A DNA stretch of 64,000 nt, taken from the NCBI GenBank assembly GCA_900088475.1, contig FLMG01003436.1:62001-126000 (forward strand), in the 5' to 3' direction. The position numbers were made by a program, and so were the translations under genes. The notes beneath the pieces were generated by a model. The model had not been told where the DNA came from. It saw nothing but the letters and a program-made list of their open reading frames with translations, and did not search any database. This document shows, one piece after another, positions 11,201 through 23,984 of this stretch. This DNA is from Hyphochytrium catenoides. Taxonomy: Eukaryota > Protista > Hyphochytriomycota. Positions within the stretch are counted from its first letter, which is position 1. Each line of letters starts with the position of its first letter.

Positions 11201-14200
11201 GAGCCCACAAAGTGCCGATAATTTTGCGTGCCACTATCTCATTCTCCCGGCTTTCCTCCCCTCCTCTACCATACAGTTCTGTCAAGGCTCCCAGCACAAG
11301 TGGGTGCTCCACATTAGCCACTTTGCCCTTCTTTTGGATAAACTTGAATACTGCATAGAAGTCTAAGGCAGAAGACGCACATAGGTCTTGGAGGCTGTGT
11401 AGAGAAAGAGCAACCACACCTAAGCGTTCGCGATAAACATGGAGAAAGGGCGGTTAGTGGCTTCGGCAGCTACTTGGTTGAAGCAGACAATGAAAGGACA
11501 GGAGAAGCTTCGTATGGCCGAGGGGTAGAGAACGCTGTCGGTATTGTTAGCATGGTTAAAAGTGTGGATTGCATTCCATAGGGAAACTTTTCTTCCAAGC
11601 TAAGTCACAGACCGACCTCTTCGAGCTGGAGGTACATTTCTAGAAAGTTATGTCTCCCTTACCGGGTAAGTCGTCTAGTAGCCTCCTCTGTATCTCCTTC
11701 AACAGTTCCACGCCACGGGTAGGTCGTTCACGGCAAACCTCCAGGGTAGCGGCAGCCTTCGCCAGGCGGACATCTTCCCGATCATCTGGCCCTTCGCAGA
11801 CGAGAATCCGTCGCAGCCTTATTTGAAAAGCCGCCATTGAAAGTGGGTGGCGGCGGGGCAGGGGATGAAGGGAGGGAAAGAAGAAGGAGGGGAAGACAGG
11901 GGTCCATGTAAACAATCGAATAAGCGACAGCTAAGGGAAAGGACAGAAGGTTAAAATTGATCGTTGTAATGCACCGCTGTCCTCACTTGTGAAATATGCG
12001 TGGCTGATACGTCCACAACCTAGTCAGGAAGCGGATGCCTACGGATGGAGCACCTGGCGAAGCAGTCAGCCGCTTTCCCGTTTCCAGCAGCAGCTTGACG
12101 CAGCTTTCATCTTTTCCTAGAGTAGCCATAGACAGGAGAAGTAGAAGCCGATAGCTGGGCTTGTTTTCCGAGTTCAGAAAGAAAAAAAAGGACGGAAGTA
12201 AATCTAAGGACTGCAAACCGTAAAACTCGATGCAGTGCCTTAACATTTCCTCCAGCTGTTCCCCATCGGGCCCTTCCTTAGTACAAAGGAAGGACAAGAG
12301 ACAGATGCCCGCCCACTGCCGAAGTATCTGTTCAACATTGCTTTTCTCGGCCACTTCATTAGGTGCTTCTTGCCTCGGCAACACCTCCATTATTGGCTTG
12401 CTCTGAAGTATTTCTGCGGGCCATTGGGTGAAGCCATGAGCAGACCGACAGGACTGAACGAGCTGTTCTAATGATAGGGCTGTGGTGGTGACGGTAGTAT
12501 AGAATGGAGCTGCCGGAATAGGCAAGTACGATGATGCTGGCACCACGCTTGCAGGAAAGGTAACGAGAGGACTTCCCGGCGTTCGTTGTCTGTCGTAGAG
12601 GTATAGGGCATGTTCCCTCTTCTCTGAGACAAAGCCAACCTCTAATTTCAGAGCTTGCCGGTGGGAATCGGTAAAGGAAAATGACGACGAGAGTACTCGA
12701 ACGAGCGGGATCAACAGAAGACTCGTGCCAGAGGAAGCGCTTATCACTTTATCCTTGTCAAACAGCTGTGAACGTTTGTGTGGAGGAGAGAGTAAGAGCC
12801 AGAGAGAGTGAGATAGAGAGAGAGGTTAGAAAAGAGATTCCGTCATTCTTAGAATCACTACAAGTTGATAAGAAGCGATGGCAGAATGTTTGTCAAACTT
12901 ACTCCTTCAGGACTCCTCATCCAGTCCAAAGCAAAAGTTAGCATGTGTGTCAATTGCGCTTCTTCGCTGGGGCTGTCAGCGGCCCACAGTCGGAAAGCCA
13001 AGTAATATAGGAGTGACGGGTTCCCAAACAAGAACGGCTTTGATTGTCCTATCTCCTCCATTAAGGTGAGGCAATCCGACGTGCAATAACCTATGGCTAA
13101 CGGTTCAACAGAGAGGGTCAGACTCAAGTCCATGCCATTATAGGGTTCACAATCCGGCATGTTGAAAGCGGGAAAGATAGACGCAGCTTACGAGGAGATG
13201 AGATGGGCCAACCGTGCACATACCGTAAGCCTTGTCAAGAAGAACAACAAGGCCTAAAACTATCTGCTCTAAGACTTGATGTTCATTACTAAATGCCATG
13301 AATGCTTCTCGCATCACCTCCAAAGAAGAGGACAGCTCTTGCCCAGTCAGTTCGACCCGGTCAACCACAGCTCTTATCACTATCTCCGCAGCCTCAACTT
13401 GCACTTTGGTCCCCATGTGGGCAAGAGAGGCCCTTATCAGAGCCATGACTGAAGCTCGACCTCTGTCACCTAGAAAAATGGGGAAGGACCAGTTCAGTTC
13501 ACTGATATATGAAAGTCGAGGATACTGAATATATCGCGTTTGCAGCCTAAACGCTCAAACAAGCAGTAGGTCTTGGTAAAGTCCCATCAGACTAGAACTT
13601 TGGGCAGACGAGCGGTTGTGCAGAAGGATGAATAAAAGTTAGCATCTAGCAAGGAGGCAGAAGAACAGACGGTTAAGACCCTCAGCGGAGGCCTGTAGAG
13701 TCAGTCACTTGTTGTCCAGTCGTACCCGTCAGACCTAGCGCCATTTGCGACAGCATCTGATAGAATAGCATCTTGACGTCCGAAGAAGCCGGTTCGGAAA
13801 GCTGGGTGCATGTGAGACAGCGATGGACCTCATCATACAGCAGGCCGCAGAGGTCCGGACGAGACCGAGCAATGTCCCTCAAAACTCTTAACCCGACTTG
13901 ACGGAGAGCTTCGTTGGAAGTTGAGGAAGAGGGAAACGGCCGAGGGGACAAAGGAGACGCCGACAGGGCAGAGATGACAAGGCTCAGGAGGCAGCGGAGA
14001 AGCAGCTGTATTCTAGCTGCAGATGAGGTGGCGAGGGAGGAGAAGCTCAGGTGCAGCGCTTCAATCACCCTCTTGACTGGCAGAACACCTCCACTAATAA
14101 GCCACGTGAGTCCTAAGTATAAGTATCCGAAAGGGTTGAAGAGAGAGCGGACATGACCATAGTGAGAGTCAGGCCACGGGAGAGACCGCAACGGACCAGA

Positions 14201-14568
14201 AGTCAGCAGGATGGAGCGGTTGGTACGAGTAATTCATTAACCCAGCAGGGATACCACAAAGCAGATAATGTATGAAGAGCGACTCCGAGAGACACTATTG
14301 ATAGGTAAAAGGTGTAGTCACCGGCACAAGCTTCACCCACGACTTGAGTTGCAGGGTGCCGCAATAACGAAAACGCTTCCTGTACCAGCGGCTCTCTCCG
14401 TTGCTCAAGAATTCGGACAGGTGTGCTAGAGTCCGTGGAGAGCCTAGCAATGAACTGAATAAGCCTCCGCACCGCCTCCCGCTGTTGAGGAGCACTGTGA
14501 GCCAGGAGCTTAGCCCTGACGGTCTTTAGCTCCGCCTCCACTTTCGCTTGAGAAACGATGCTTGCCAT
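5262..14568 (-). CDS. FOCAD: Focadhesin / RST1-like large ARM/HEAT-repeat protein (multi-exon)
   Basis: About 9.3 kb of Leu-rich helical minus-strand exons from MASIVSQAK (14568) to the stop at 5262; segments recalled as focadhesin-like: LLLSMATLG..GIRFLTRLWTYQPRIF, LAKAAATLEVCRERPTRGVELL, ALSLHSLQDLCASSALDFYAVF; individual junctions not all resolved. Confidence 0.75.
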
Positions 14569-15503
14569 GCCTTATGCTGTCAGGCCGACCTGCTCCACAC
14601 TATAAATAACGGAGGCCCTACCACGGCAGTAGGGCAAACCTTCACAAGCCTGCCCTTGATTGCATGGGGAATTGAAAGATAGAGAGAGCACAGAGCAGAG
14701 ATCTCGCTGCCAGAAGATCCCTTGCATGAGCATTGATGCCTCGCTCCTCCCATCAGCAGCCGAGCTGGACCCACGAGCTAGAGAGCACCCCGAACACAAT
14801 GAGGGGAAGAATGAGCCGATGGATTCTGACGAGCTCAGCTGCCAACACAATCTTTTTGAGGAAGAGCTCGTAACACCTCCAAGGCCAGGAGACACCTTAT
14901 ATCGACGTAATATGCTTACGTTGGAACTAAATGCCAAGCAAAATCCTATGGGTGGATTATAGCAGAAGACGAGCTGCATGAACGATAGTGTATAGAGCCA
15001 CTTTCCTCTGTATCAGACCTAGTATTGTCGCCCATGTGCCAGACTCCTGGAGGAGAACAGGAACAATGGTGATGATTGATGATGATGATTGTAACATCTA
15101 CAGCGCTTTGATGGGCCGTGGGGCTTCCAAGTAACGCTGCTCGCTGGCGAGTAACCATTCCAAGGGCTGTGTCTAGGATTGTCCCCAGGAAGATGCCAGC
15201 GCAACATATCCCAGCCCCTAGGGGTAGCCTTTATTTGCCACGCAGAGGCCAAACTCTTCCAATGCTTTTTATTAAGGGTCCCTAGTGGTGATAGGTTTCT
15301 TTGGTGACACGTGCGTTAGGTGTAGGAGGAGACAAGCGGTCTCATAGTCTTATTGATTAAACAGGATGGCGACGACAGAGAGGGCGAGACGAAAAGATAC
15401 ACGCATCATCTAAAGAGGAGGCAAGAAGAGGAGGACATCAATGTATTCTATGACGGAACTGAATCACTGTCAAAGCTTCTGTAGGTTGCCCCAGTTGAGA
15501 TCT

Positions 15504-16795
15504 TCACTGCAGCCAGAGTATGACGACGGTAATGTTATCTTTTGCACCTCGATTTAGAGCTTCCTCAACCAGGTACCNNNNNNNNNNNNNNNNNNNNNNN
15601 NNNNNNCGACCTGGTCGTTATCTATGACGTCCCACAATCCGTCTGACGCTACCACTATAAAGTGATCGCGCTCAAAATCCCGTTGGACTGAGAAGATTTC
15701 AGGCTCGCCAGAGATGAAGGGTCGTTGGTCCTTGTCCCCAATCGCTCTAGCCACTGCCAGATTTCCGTTGACCCTGAAAGCCCCTAACCCTGAGACGGGT
15801 TGGCCCTCAGGACCCTTCCAGCCATGCCACGCCACTGTGCCCCCTAACCGTTCAATTCGGTCTTTTTCTTGGCGGTCCATTGGTTTGTGGTCCCTTGTCA
15901 GCTGAACTGCCTCTCCACCATGTTTGCAAAGGACAGCCCGGCAGTCCCCCAGGTTGGCCGTCCATATGCGGTCATTCTCTAGATAAACACATGTCACCGT
16001 GGCGCCCATTCGATCCAAGCTTGCGCGTCCACACACCTCGTTATCTAAGCTCTCAAATGTAGACATTAGTGCCAAACGGACGGGGTGCTGCAACTCCGGA
16101 AGCTCAAGTATCGGAACGCTAGAGCTCAAAGCCTTTGACACCCTGTCGAGGATGTTCTGGTACAGCATAGGATAGAGTCTAGAGCGAAGGAACTCTGCAA
16201 CTTGAGCACCCCCGTGACCGTCGAACACAGCCACGAAGCGCTTATTGGGCGAGACGAAGAAGGCGTCTTCCATGTACGCCCTGTGGCCTCTGTCAGCGCA
16301 AGCACTGACAATAAACTTACTGCTTTGAGATGTATCTTGCCGGCGCAAATCCCTGGCTTTGTCTCTTCGGGTTTGGCGCTTGAGCTTCTCAATTGCGTAG
16401 GCTGACTCTTGAGACTGAGCTCTTCTGCTGGTCCTTGTACGACTTTCCTTACGATCAAGAGTGCTTGGGGACCGCTCTCTGTCATCTCCTTCACACAACC
16501 CTTGAGGTGCTGCCTGCGTATCTTTCACCAAATAGACCAAGAGAGCAAAAGAAGCAGCGGCAGCCTGTGCGATATTTATCCACTCTGCCGTTTGACTCCC
16601 GCATCCATTCACTTTGAGGGTTATCCCACTCTTTTTGGCCGCAGCGGCAGTGTCTCGAGGAGGACAATGATGATATTCCAGCATCTTCTTAGCATCTGCT
16701 TTACATTCAACGAAGGTTGGAAGGGACGGGGGTGGTCTCTTGGCGCTCTGCCCAAAGAGGAACCTCCTCCTGAGAGAGTTTCGCAAGAACGCCAT
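15504..16795 (-). CDS. Protein phosphatase 2C (PPM family) with N-terminal extension
   Basis: Motifs GHRAYMEDA, VFDGHGG, ANLGDCRAVL, LTRDHKP, RVNGNLAVARAIGD, VASDGLWDV; after the N-gap another frame gives YLVEEALNRGAKDNITVVILWLQ-stop at 15504. Confidence 0.95.
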
Positions 16796-18846
16796 GGAGC
16801 TGACGGATCACCAGCTGTGCCAACTAGACATCGGTAATGTTCCTACAAGCAACTTTTACATAGCCCACCAATAAGTCAAGACCAGCAGCCGACAATCAGA
16901 CGGAGAGTCGCCTCCTTGAGCATCTTAAGCGCCTCCGGCTGCGTGAGAACTCCTCGAACGCCTACGAGATCCTGAAGAGAACTATGAACCCTCGCCTCGC
17001 CTTCGACTCCGCCTCGAAGCCTAGGCCTTAAGATGAATGAGTTGGACTGACTTGTGCCCTAGATATCAATGATAGAAGACAAGCACGCCATGAAGGATCT
17101 CACGGAGATCGTGGGAGGATAAATCACTTCTGCACGCGATCCTTCCTCAAATTCAACATAGGGAGCGTCAGAACCCTCTCGATTTCTGATCGGAAAGACG
17201 TTATTACCGACAACATCCATCTAAAAGACTCATATTCAGATTGTGGCGATAATCGGCACCAGATAACGGACGGATAGACTGCAATCAATCCTTCAGAATA
17301 AAACTCTGCCCAGTTAATCTGAGGTGATATGCACACTCTTCTCCCTACTTTGGCTCCTGCCTCTGACAGCGCGTCGGCGCTACAGATGCTTCCACCTTTC
17401 ACCTTAGTCCAATGCAGCTGTTGCTACTCCTGTATGAATGAATAGACAGCGGAGGCCTCTTTGCACTTTGGTGACTACGGCCACTTTCGCTTGAGGAGCA
17501 CAGCTTTAAAAAATAAGCTGATATACTTTGGAATGCTCGTTTCAATCCTCCTCTTATCCAAATAGTTGTGATGGCTGTTCCATCACCCATCGACGAGTCT
17601 TCATTGAAGAATATATTGATGGGAGAGCTCATCTAGAGCTTCGGGAGCTGTGTATTATCCTGAAGTGCATTGGCAGAGAGTTAACTCCTACCTTCCAATC
17701 GGGACATAAGGTATTAGGTTTCATTCTTCCTTTGACGGTTGTTGGATAAGACGAAGAAAGTGGAGACGTTTTTTGCCTTGGATCTCAAGAGTCAATCAAG
17801 CAACTGAATCCTGTCACTAATGACATAAACGAACCCAGCGGGGTACTTGATCCACACATGGGACGCCAAAATGGCCTGAGTGGGCCAAAAGGCTAATCAC
17901 GCCAAGTCTCTGGACAAGTGTCTGGTCCACTTCTTCTCCAATATCTATTCCTTCTATCTAAGAGACGAGCACTCGATCTTCTCCCTCGGCTAACTTCCCT
18001 AATGCTACTAAGGAAATGTCGAGCCTTTACTAACTAAAGAAAAGCTTATTGACTCTTCCCAGTCAGCGGGGAAGTATCGGAAGGTTTACTGTCTCTCATT
18101 GTCAACAAGTTCCATGTGAATCTAGTTCCTAGCTCTAAGTAGGCAGCGAGTATTCTTCTGGTTGGCAGCTTGGGATTCCGACGGCCCCTTGCTGACTGCT
18201 GTCCTCCGTGAAGAGATCTTCACATGGATCTTCATCTCTCGAGAACAACTGTGGAGAGCTCTACTTTATAATGAGGGCAGGAGACCCGCTAACGGTAATC
18301 TATACAAACACAGCTTACATCGTACGAACCTTCTCCAACATTAACAGACAGTTTAACCGTACATATTCCGCCTCACACGTCCTTCCACTGTATCTTTTAC
18401 TAGGCCAAGGTCATGATAAAAGTTGAATCTTGACCAGGTGGCTTCTGATGATGGAAGAGGAGAGACAACTAGGTGCGAGAGGCAGAGGTCAACAGACAGA
18501 GCAGAGAGATAAGCATGAAATCTGTCCCATTAGCCATATGAGGAGAGACAGAGAAGGTGATAGAGAGGAAGGCAACTAGGGGTAGGATGCGAACCTCTGT
18601 CCCTTTCAACAATGCATCGCGTCACTCTCTTCAACAATGCCGTGACCTCTGTCTTCCTCCTCGCCGATTCTGCGAGCATCCTTTCATGCAGTGGCGAGGT
18701 GAGACGCCAGAAAGACATTCTCATCGCCAAGTATCGCCTGTCCCTGAGCTGAGACAAAAGGGTGCTAAGACCGAGTCACATAAGAACCGCGGAGTCAGTT
18801 AAGAGCGATAGAAGTAGAGCCCGATAAGAGCAGAGACAGAAAGGAG

Positions 18847-21800
18847 ATGGAACTCTATAGCTTCCTTCCCTTGGACGAGGCGTCGGTCTCTGTTGGAGAG
18901 AGGTTGCGTGCTCACCCTCAACTCTCAGAGTTCGTGACAACGGAGCTATTACCTGGACTCGGTAACAGTTCTCCTCCAGTGAAAGCACTCAGTCGTTTAT
19001 TTTTCCAATTGAGTTACTCCTCCCTCACCTCATTTATGCATGGCCAAAGCCTGGTCGCAATGGGCAGGACTAGAAGAAGATCATCTTCTCTAGTCCAGTC
19101 AAACATTTCTGTGTCTATCTCCACGCCGTCGTCTTCCACATATGTGCAACTGGTGCAACTATCAAGTTCATCGTCCTATGGGCCCTCCCACTCTACCAAC
19201 TCTGAGTCTAGCCTTTGCATCCGTTATACCTGTTCTGGCCAGGAAGCCTAACACTCAGTCTCTGGTTCTCTCCCCCACCCTCCCTCTTATATCCTCCATA
19301 TTCTGGTTCTTTCAGACATCACGCCAGAGCAATTCTGGGGTTGTCTCTCTTCTCTGGTAACGCAGTTTGCGGGAGAAAATAGCAAGCTGCTGCAGGTATT
19401 GATGTCTGTGACGGAACGCTCTCCTTTTGCTCCGTCTCCGCCACCCTCCTCTCCCCTCTTGAATTTGCTGTCTCCCTGCACATCTCTCTGCTCATCTTAT
19501 GTAATACACCTCTCTCTCTCCTCAGGCACTTTAGTTTTTTGTTCTTCCGTTGGTTGGTGCCTCGGCTGTCGCCTTTTTTTTCGTCCTTTCCTTATCGTCT
19601 CTTGACCGCCATCTGCATGAGCTACATGCTCCCAATGTTGGGCCTAATCACCTCAAGGAATCAATCTAACCTTTGTGCTATCTTGCTCTGTCTTTTGGTA
19701 CCTTACCGCTCACTCTCACGTCTCCCTTGCTTCACGACCTAGATAAGGGACTCGCTTCAGAAGCAGATTGACCAATGGCATAGAAAGCGTGAGACGGTAA
19801 CAAGAGAGGAGACACAAGCATCTAATGGAGTTGAAACAGAGAGAAGTGCAGAAACGGAAGAGCCAGAAGCTTACGAAAAGTTTCTAAGACAGATTGGTTA
19901 CCTATCTCCTGCTACAGAAGGGAACTTTACAATCTCTTCCTCCCCGGTTGACGAAGAGATGGCGAAGGTTCCTGCTCCTCAGCTCGTGGTAAGGGTCTTT
20001 GCTCTATTCCTTTCGTAATCCGTACCCCTTCATCTCGAGCGTGAGGCGCTCGCTCAGACCCGACGGTGTGTAAAACGATACGGGGGTCTGAATCTTACTC
20101 CTTTACGATGAAGTTGTACGGTAGACAGGCGACCTGATACCTAGCATTATCGAGAATATTTCTGGCAATCGACCTTCTCCTCTTAATCACTCTCTCAAAC
20201 ATTTTACCTTTAGGTGCCAATCAAGAACGCCCGCTTTGCTATCAATGCTGCCAATGCTAGGTGGGGGAGCCTGCTTAACGCTTTGTATGGTACTAACGCC
20301 ATTGCTCAAGACAAGAAAGAGACTGAAGAAGCAAAAAGCAGCACGGATGGGCTGTCGCCTACTAGAGTCGGCAAAGTCTTCTCATTCCTCTACCGCTTCT
20401 TAGATCAGGTTCTGCCTTTGGAGGGAGGAAAGAGCTTCGGTCAACTTAGCTCGGTCTCGCTAAGCCGGGAAGGCCGCGGGTATCGCCTGCACTTTTACCT
20501 CAGCAACGGAGAGCAAGGAGGGGACACACGGAGCTGCCCGGTCCATCTGCTGGACTCATCAAAATTTGTTGGCTTTACTCTGCAAGACTCTTGTCCGTCG
20601 TCCTCGCTTCCTTCCTCTGAGACTATTGAGCAACACCAACTTCGCTCACTCTTTTTCAAAAACAATGGACTCCTTTTTGAAATCCGGCTGACGAGGGATG
20701 CAGACAGGAAAGGCGTTGCAGCCTTGAACACGCTGGGGATTGAGGATGTAGTCATGGAAGCTGCCACTACGGTTATTCAGGTGAGAGTGGCGGAAAGAGA
20801 TAACCATCCTGTGGTTGCTGCTCAATATGTCTGTGGAAAACCATTACTACTACCTCTTGGAGATTGCGTAGCTAATGGAGCCCTGCTATTTCTGGTCTCC
20901 GCGCTCAGGATTTTGAGGATTCTGTATCTGCGGTGGACGTGGAGGACAAACTGCTTGTCTACCGACATTGGCTTCAGCTCATGAAAGGAGATATATCATG
21001 TTCTTTCTCAAAGGGAGGACGGCAGATAAAGAGAACGCTCAATGGGGATATCAAGTTTATCGCGGCTGAGGATGGGAGCCATAGAGTTCATAAAGGGACA
21101 AGTTTGCTTCTGGCAAGAAATAATGGTTAGCTACTTGCTGCAATATTTCGAACTTACAAGATGGTTGGGTCTTACGTTCAGGATTATGCTATTTGCTTGC
21201 TCTCCCATGATTCTTCTTCTTCCGCTGAATCCCGCATTTCCGAGCCCTGCCTGTTGTCTTCGCATCTATCCTGCACCTTTGCGTTTGGCTTAAGGCCTCG
21301 TTTGAGCGCTGATGACGTTCTTTGAGTTAACCTGGCTTCTGATTTGGTCTTGCTGGTTATCTCTAGGCCTGCACATGTATACGAACATAGTGACTGCGGC
21401 AGTGAGTTCAAGCTCTGCCCCAGACTCTTACGGCCTGGTTCCTGAAGGGTTTCTGGACGCGCTTATCACTGTGGTAGCGTCTATGCACGATGGACAGGCT
21501 AGGTACAAATGCTCTCTACATCTGTGATTAGTGCCTTCCATGAACTGTTTTGGCTTTCGCTTTATGTTCCATTTTGGCTCGTTCCTGCTGCACTCCAAAG
21601 CCCCGTTCGAGGTTTAAATTTGCGGATTCCCATCCCCTTTCTACACATGGGTAGAAGTGACTGTCTGTTACTGCAGTCTGGGTCTCACACCACTGAGAAC
21701 TATCTCATCAAGTTCAATGTGAAGTTTAATTGCATTCTTGGTACTTAACTTTATAAAGCGCCTTTGCATGCCTTTCTCTGACGGTTACTAATCGACTCGC

Positions 21801-23888
21801 ACGTGCAGTTCTCGTCTTGCCAACAGTAAGGAGGGAAACATCTACATTGTGAAGCCCAAGCTCCATGGGCCGGACGAAGTGTCTTTCACGTGCTCACTTT
21901 TGTCTGCCCTGGAGCAACATTTGAGGCTACGACCAAACTCCATAAAGCTTGGTATCATGGACGAAGAAAGAAGAACCTCTGCTTCCCTGCTCGAGTGTGT
22001 TAGAAGAGGGAAGGATCGCGTCGCATTCATTAATACAGGGTTCATGGACCGAACGGGAGATGAAATTCACACCAGCATGGAGAAGGGCCCTATGAAGAGG
22101 AAAGACGGAATCAAGAGGGAAGCATGGCTTGACGCCTATGAAAGTACGAACATCGTTGCCAACTATGGAGAGCCTAGACCCATATAGAGTTAGCTGCAAG
22201 ATATAGATTGATGGGATAAAGAAGATAGTTTGCCTAAGAGAGGAGAGAGACAAGAGCTCCGAGATGAGGAAAGGAAAGCAAATGACAAACCCGGCAATGA
22301 GAAGCTGATGAGACCATGCCCTAACTCTTTGACTTTTGTCACTTCAGAGCTGAATGTGGCGGTGGGTTTGAAGTGCGGCTTTAGTGGACGGGCCCAAATT
22401 GGTAAAGGTAAGCTCCCAGAACTCTCCCTGAAGCAATGGTTGATTGCATCCTATAACAATGCCACCTGCGGTACAGGGATGTGGGCCCAACCTGATGATA
22501 TGGCAGGACTGCTTGCATCAAAAGTTGAGCACTTGAAGGCTGGAGCGACTACAGCCTGGGTTCCTTCACCTACAGCTGCTGTCATTCACGCCCTTCACTA
22601 CCATCAGGTGAGAATGGCTCTGCTCCTGAGATCTTTGTATAGATTCTGAGTTACCTCATCTTCTCAATGGCAGGCTGGCTGTTCTTTGCGTGTAGATCTC
22701 TCTGCCTGCGTGTCTTATCCACGTGCATCCACCTTGCTCTATGGGGGTAGTACCCTTTTCAGTGAGGGTCTTTTGTTGCTTGTCCTACTCTGTCCTACAT
22801 GGCTTCCACCTCACTCACTTTCTCTGCGTGGCTTCCATCTCACTCACTTTCTGTGGTTATTGCTGTCCTAATGCCTTTTAGCGCTAACAGCTATTTCGCT
22901 CATTAATTTTGCTTCATTCGGCCCTTGTCTTCCAATAGGTTGATGTGTTCAGTGTCCACCAAAAACTTCTGTCGAACCCTATGCCCTGCTCTCTGTCAGA
23001 TCTGCTACGTCCTCCTCTCGTGAAGGAAAAGCTGCAGGACGAAGAAGTGAGGGAAGAGCTTTACAGCTGCTGCCAGGCTATACTTGGATATGTGTGTAGA
23101 TGGGTAGATCAGGGTATCGGCTGCTCCAAGGTAAATGTTGTGTCAACTAAGCTTTAGTCCAACTAAACTCGCCCGCATGTTAGCATTCTCCATCCTGGCC
23201 AAGATCCATGGCTACATTAGGTGCCGTCCCTCAGCCCTCAAGTACTGATCTCCTGGCTCCTTCCCGTTAAATTCTCTACCCTGCATAGGTTCCGGACATT
23301 CACAACATCAATCTAATGGAAGATAGAGCTACACTAAGGATCAACGCACAGCTTCTGGCTAACTGGCTCAGACATGGCGTTATATCCAAGGAAGAGGTGG
23401 GTGGTTGTAGGTGTGAGGCGTTCTATTCGATCTATTCTGAAGTGCACTCTTTCCAGCTGTGATCAGCAGGAAGTGGGCCACCCTTGCTTCTTTAAGCGAA
23501 GTCTATTGCTCTAATCAGTAACCTCCTTTCATTTCTTGCAAGCAGGTTCAGGAGGCCTTTTTAGCTGTTTCCTCGCTTGTGGATGAGCAAAATGCAGGGG
23601 ATGGAGGTCATTGCACCATATCGGATATCCCATCTGCCTCCCTGAGTTTTCAAGCAGCGCTGGAGCTCGTCTACGAGGTGAGGGGTCATGATAGATATAG
23701 AGCTGCTTCTTCCTCACTTGGGGACGTATGGCCCATGTCACGATCTCTCTCTCTCGTTGTAAACATGAGATTTTGCCCACTTACGCCTCCTTCTTCGGCA
23801 GGGCTGCAATGTACCTAATGGATACACCGAGTACACTTTGCACCAGAAGAGACTCCAAGCTAAGGCGAAGCAGGCGAAGAAGCAGTAA
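18847..23888 (+). CDS. glcB: Malate synthase G (GlcB-type), 13 exons
   Basis: Exons approx. 18847-18961, 19316-19395, 19743-19988, 20214-20780, 20909-21125, 21367-21502, 21809-22143, 22348-22407, 22478-22607, 22939-23130, 23289-23396, 23546-23677, 23802-23888; MSG motifs [126 protein letters not shown]. Confidence 0.97.
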
Positions 23889-23984
23889 CTGAGAATTTTC
23901 CATTACGCTTGCTATAGGGGCTTACAAGTCACACTAAGAAGACAGATACGAAACTTCAGGGGCCTTGCCCCTACCAATAACTTA

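Noticed and set aside
14660-14962. Plus-strand 100-aa ORF between FOCAD and PP2C
   Set aside because: No motifs or splice support; probably promoter or UTR sequence
16900-18500. Possible decayed gene or element between PP2C and malate synthase
   Set aside because: Frames examined are interrupted, with no transposase/RT motifs or terminal repeats
20080-20160. TPP riboswitch-like words (GGGGTCTGA, GACCTGAT) in a malate synthase intron
   Set aside because: Lacks CUGAGA and the downstream conserved elements, and the host gene is not thiamine-related
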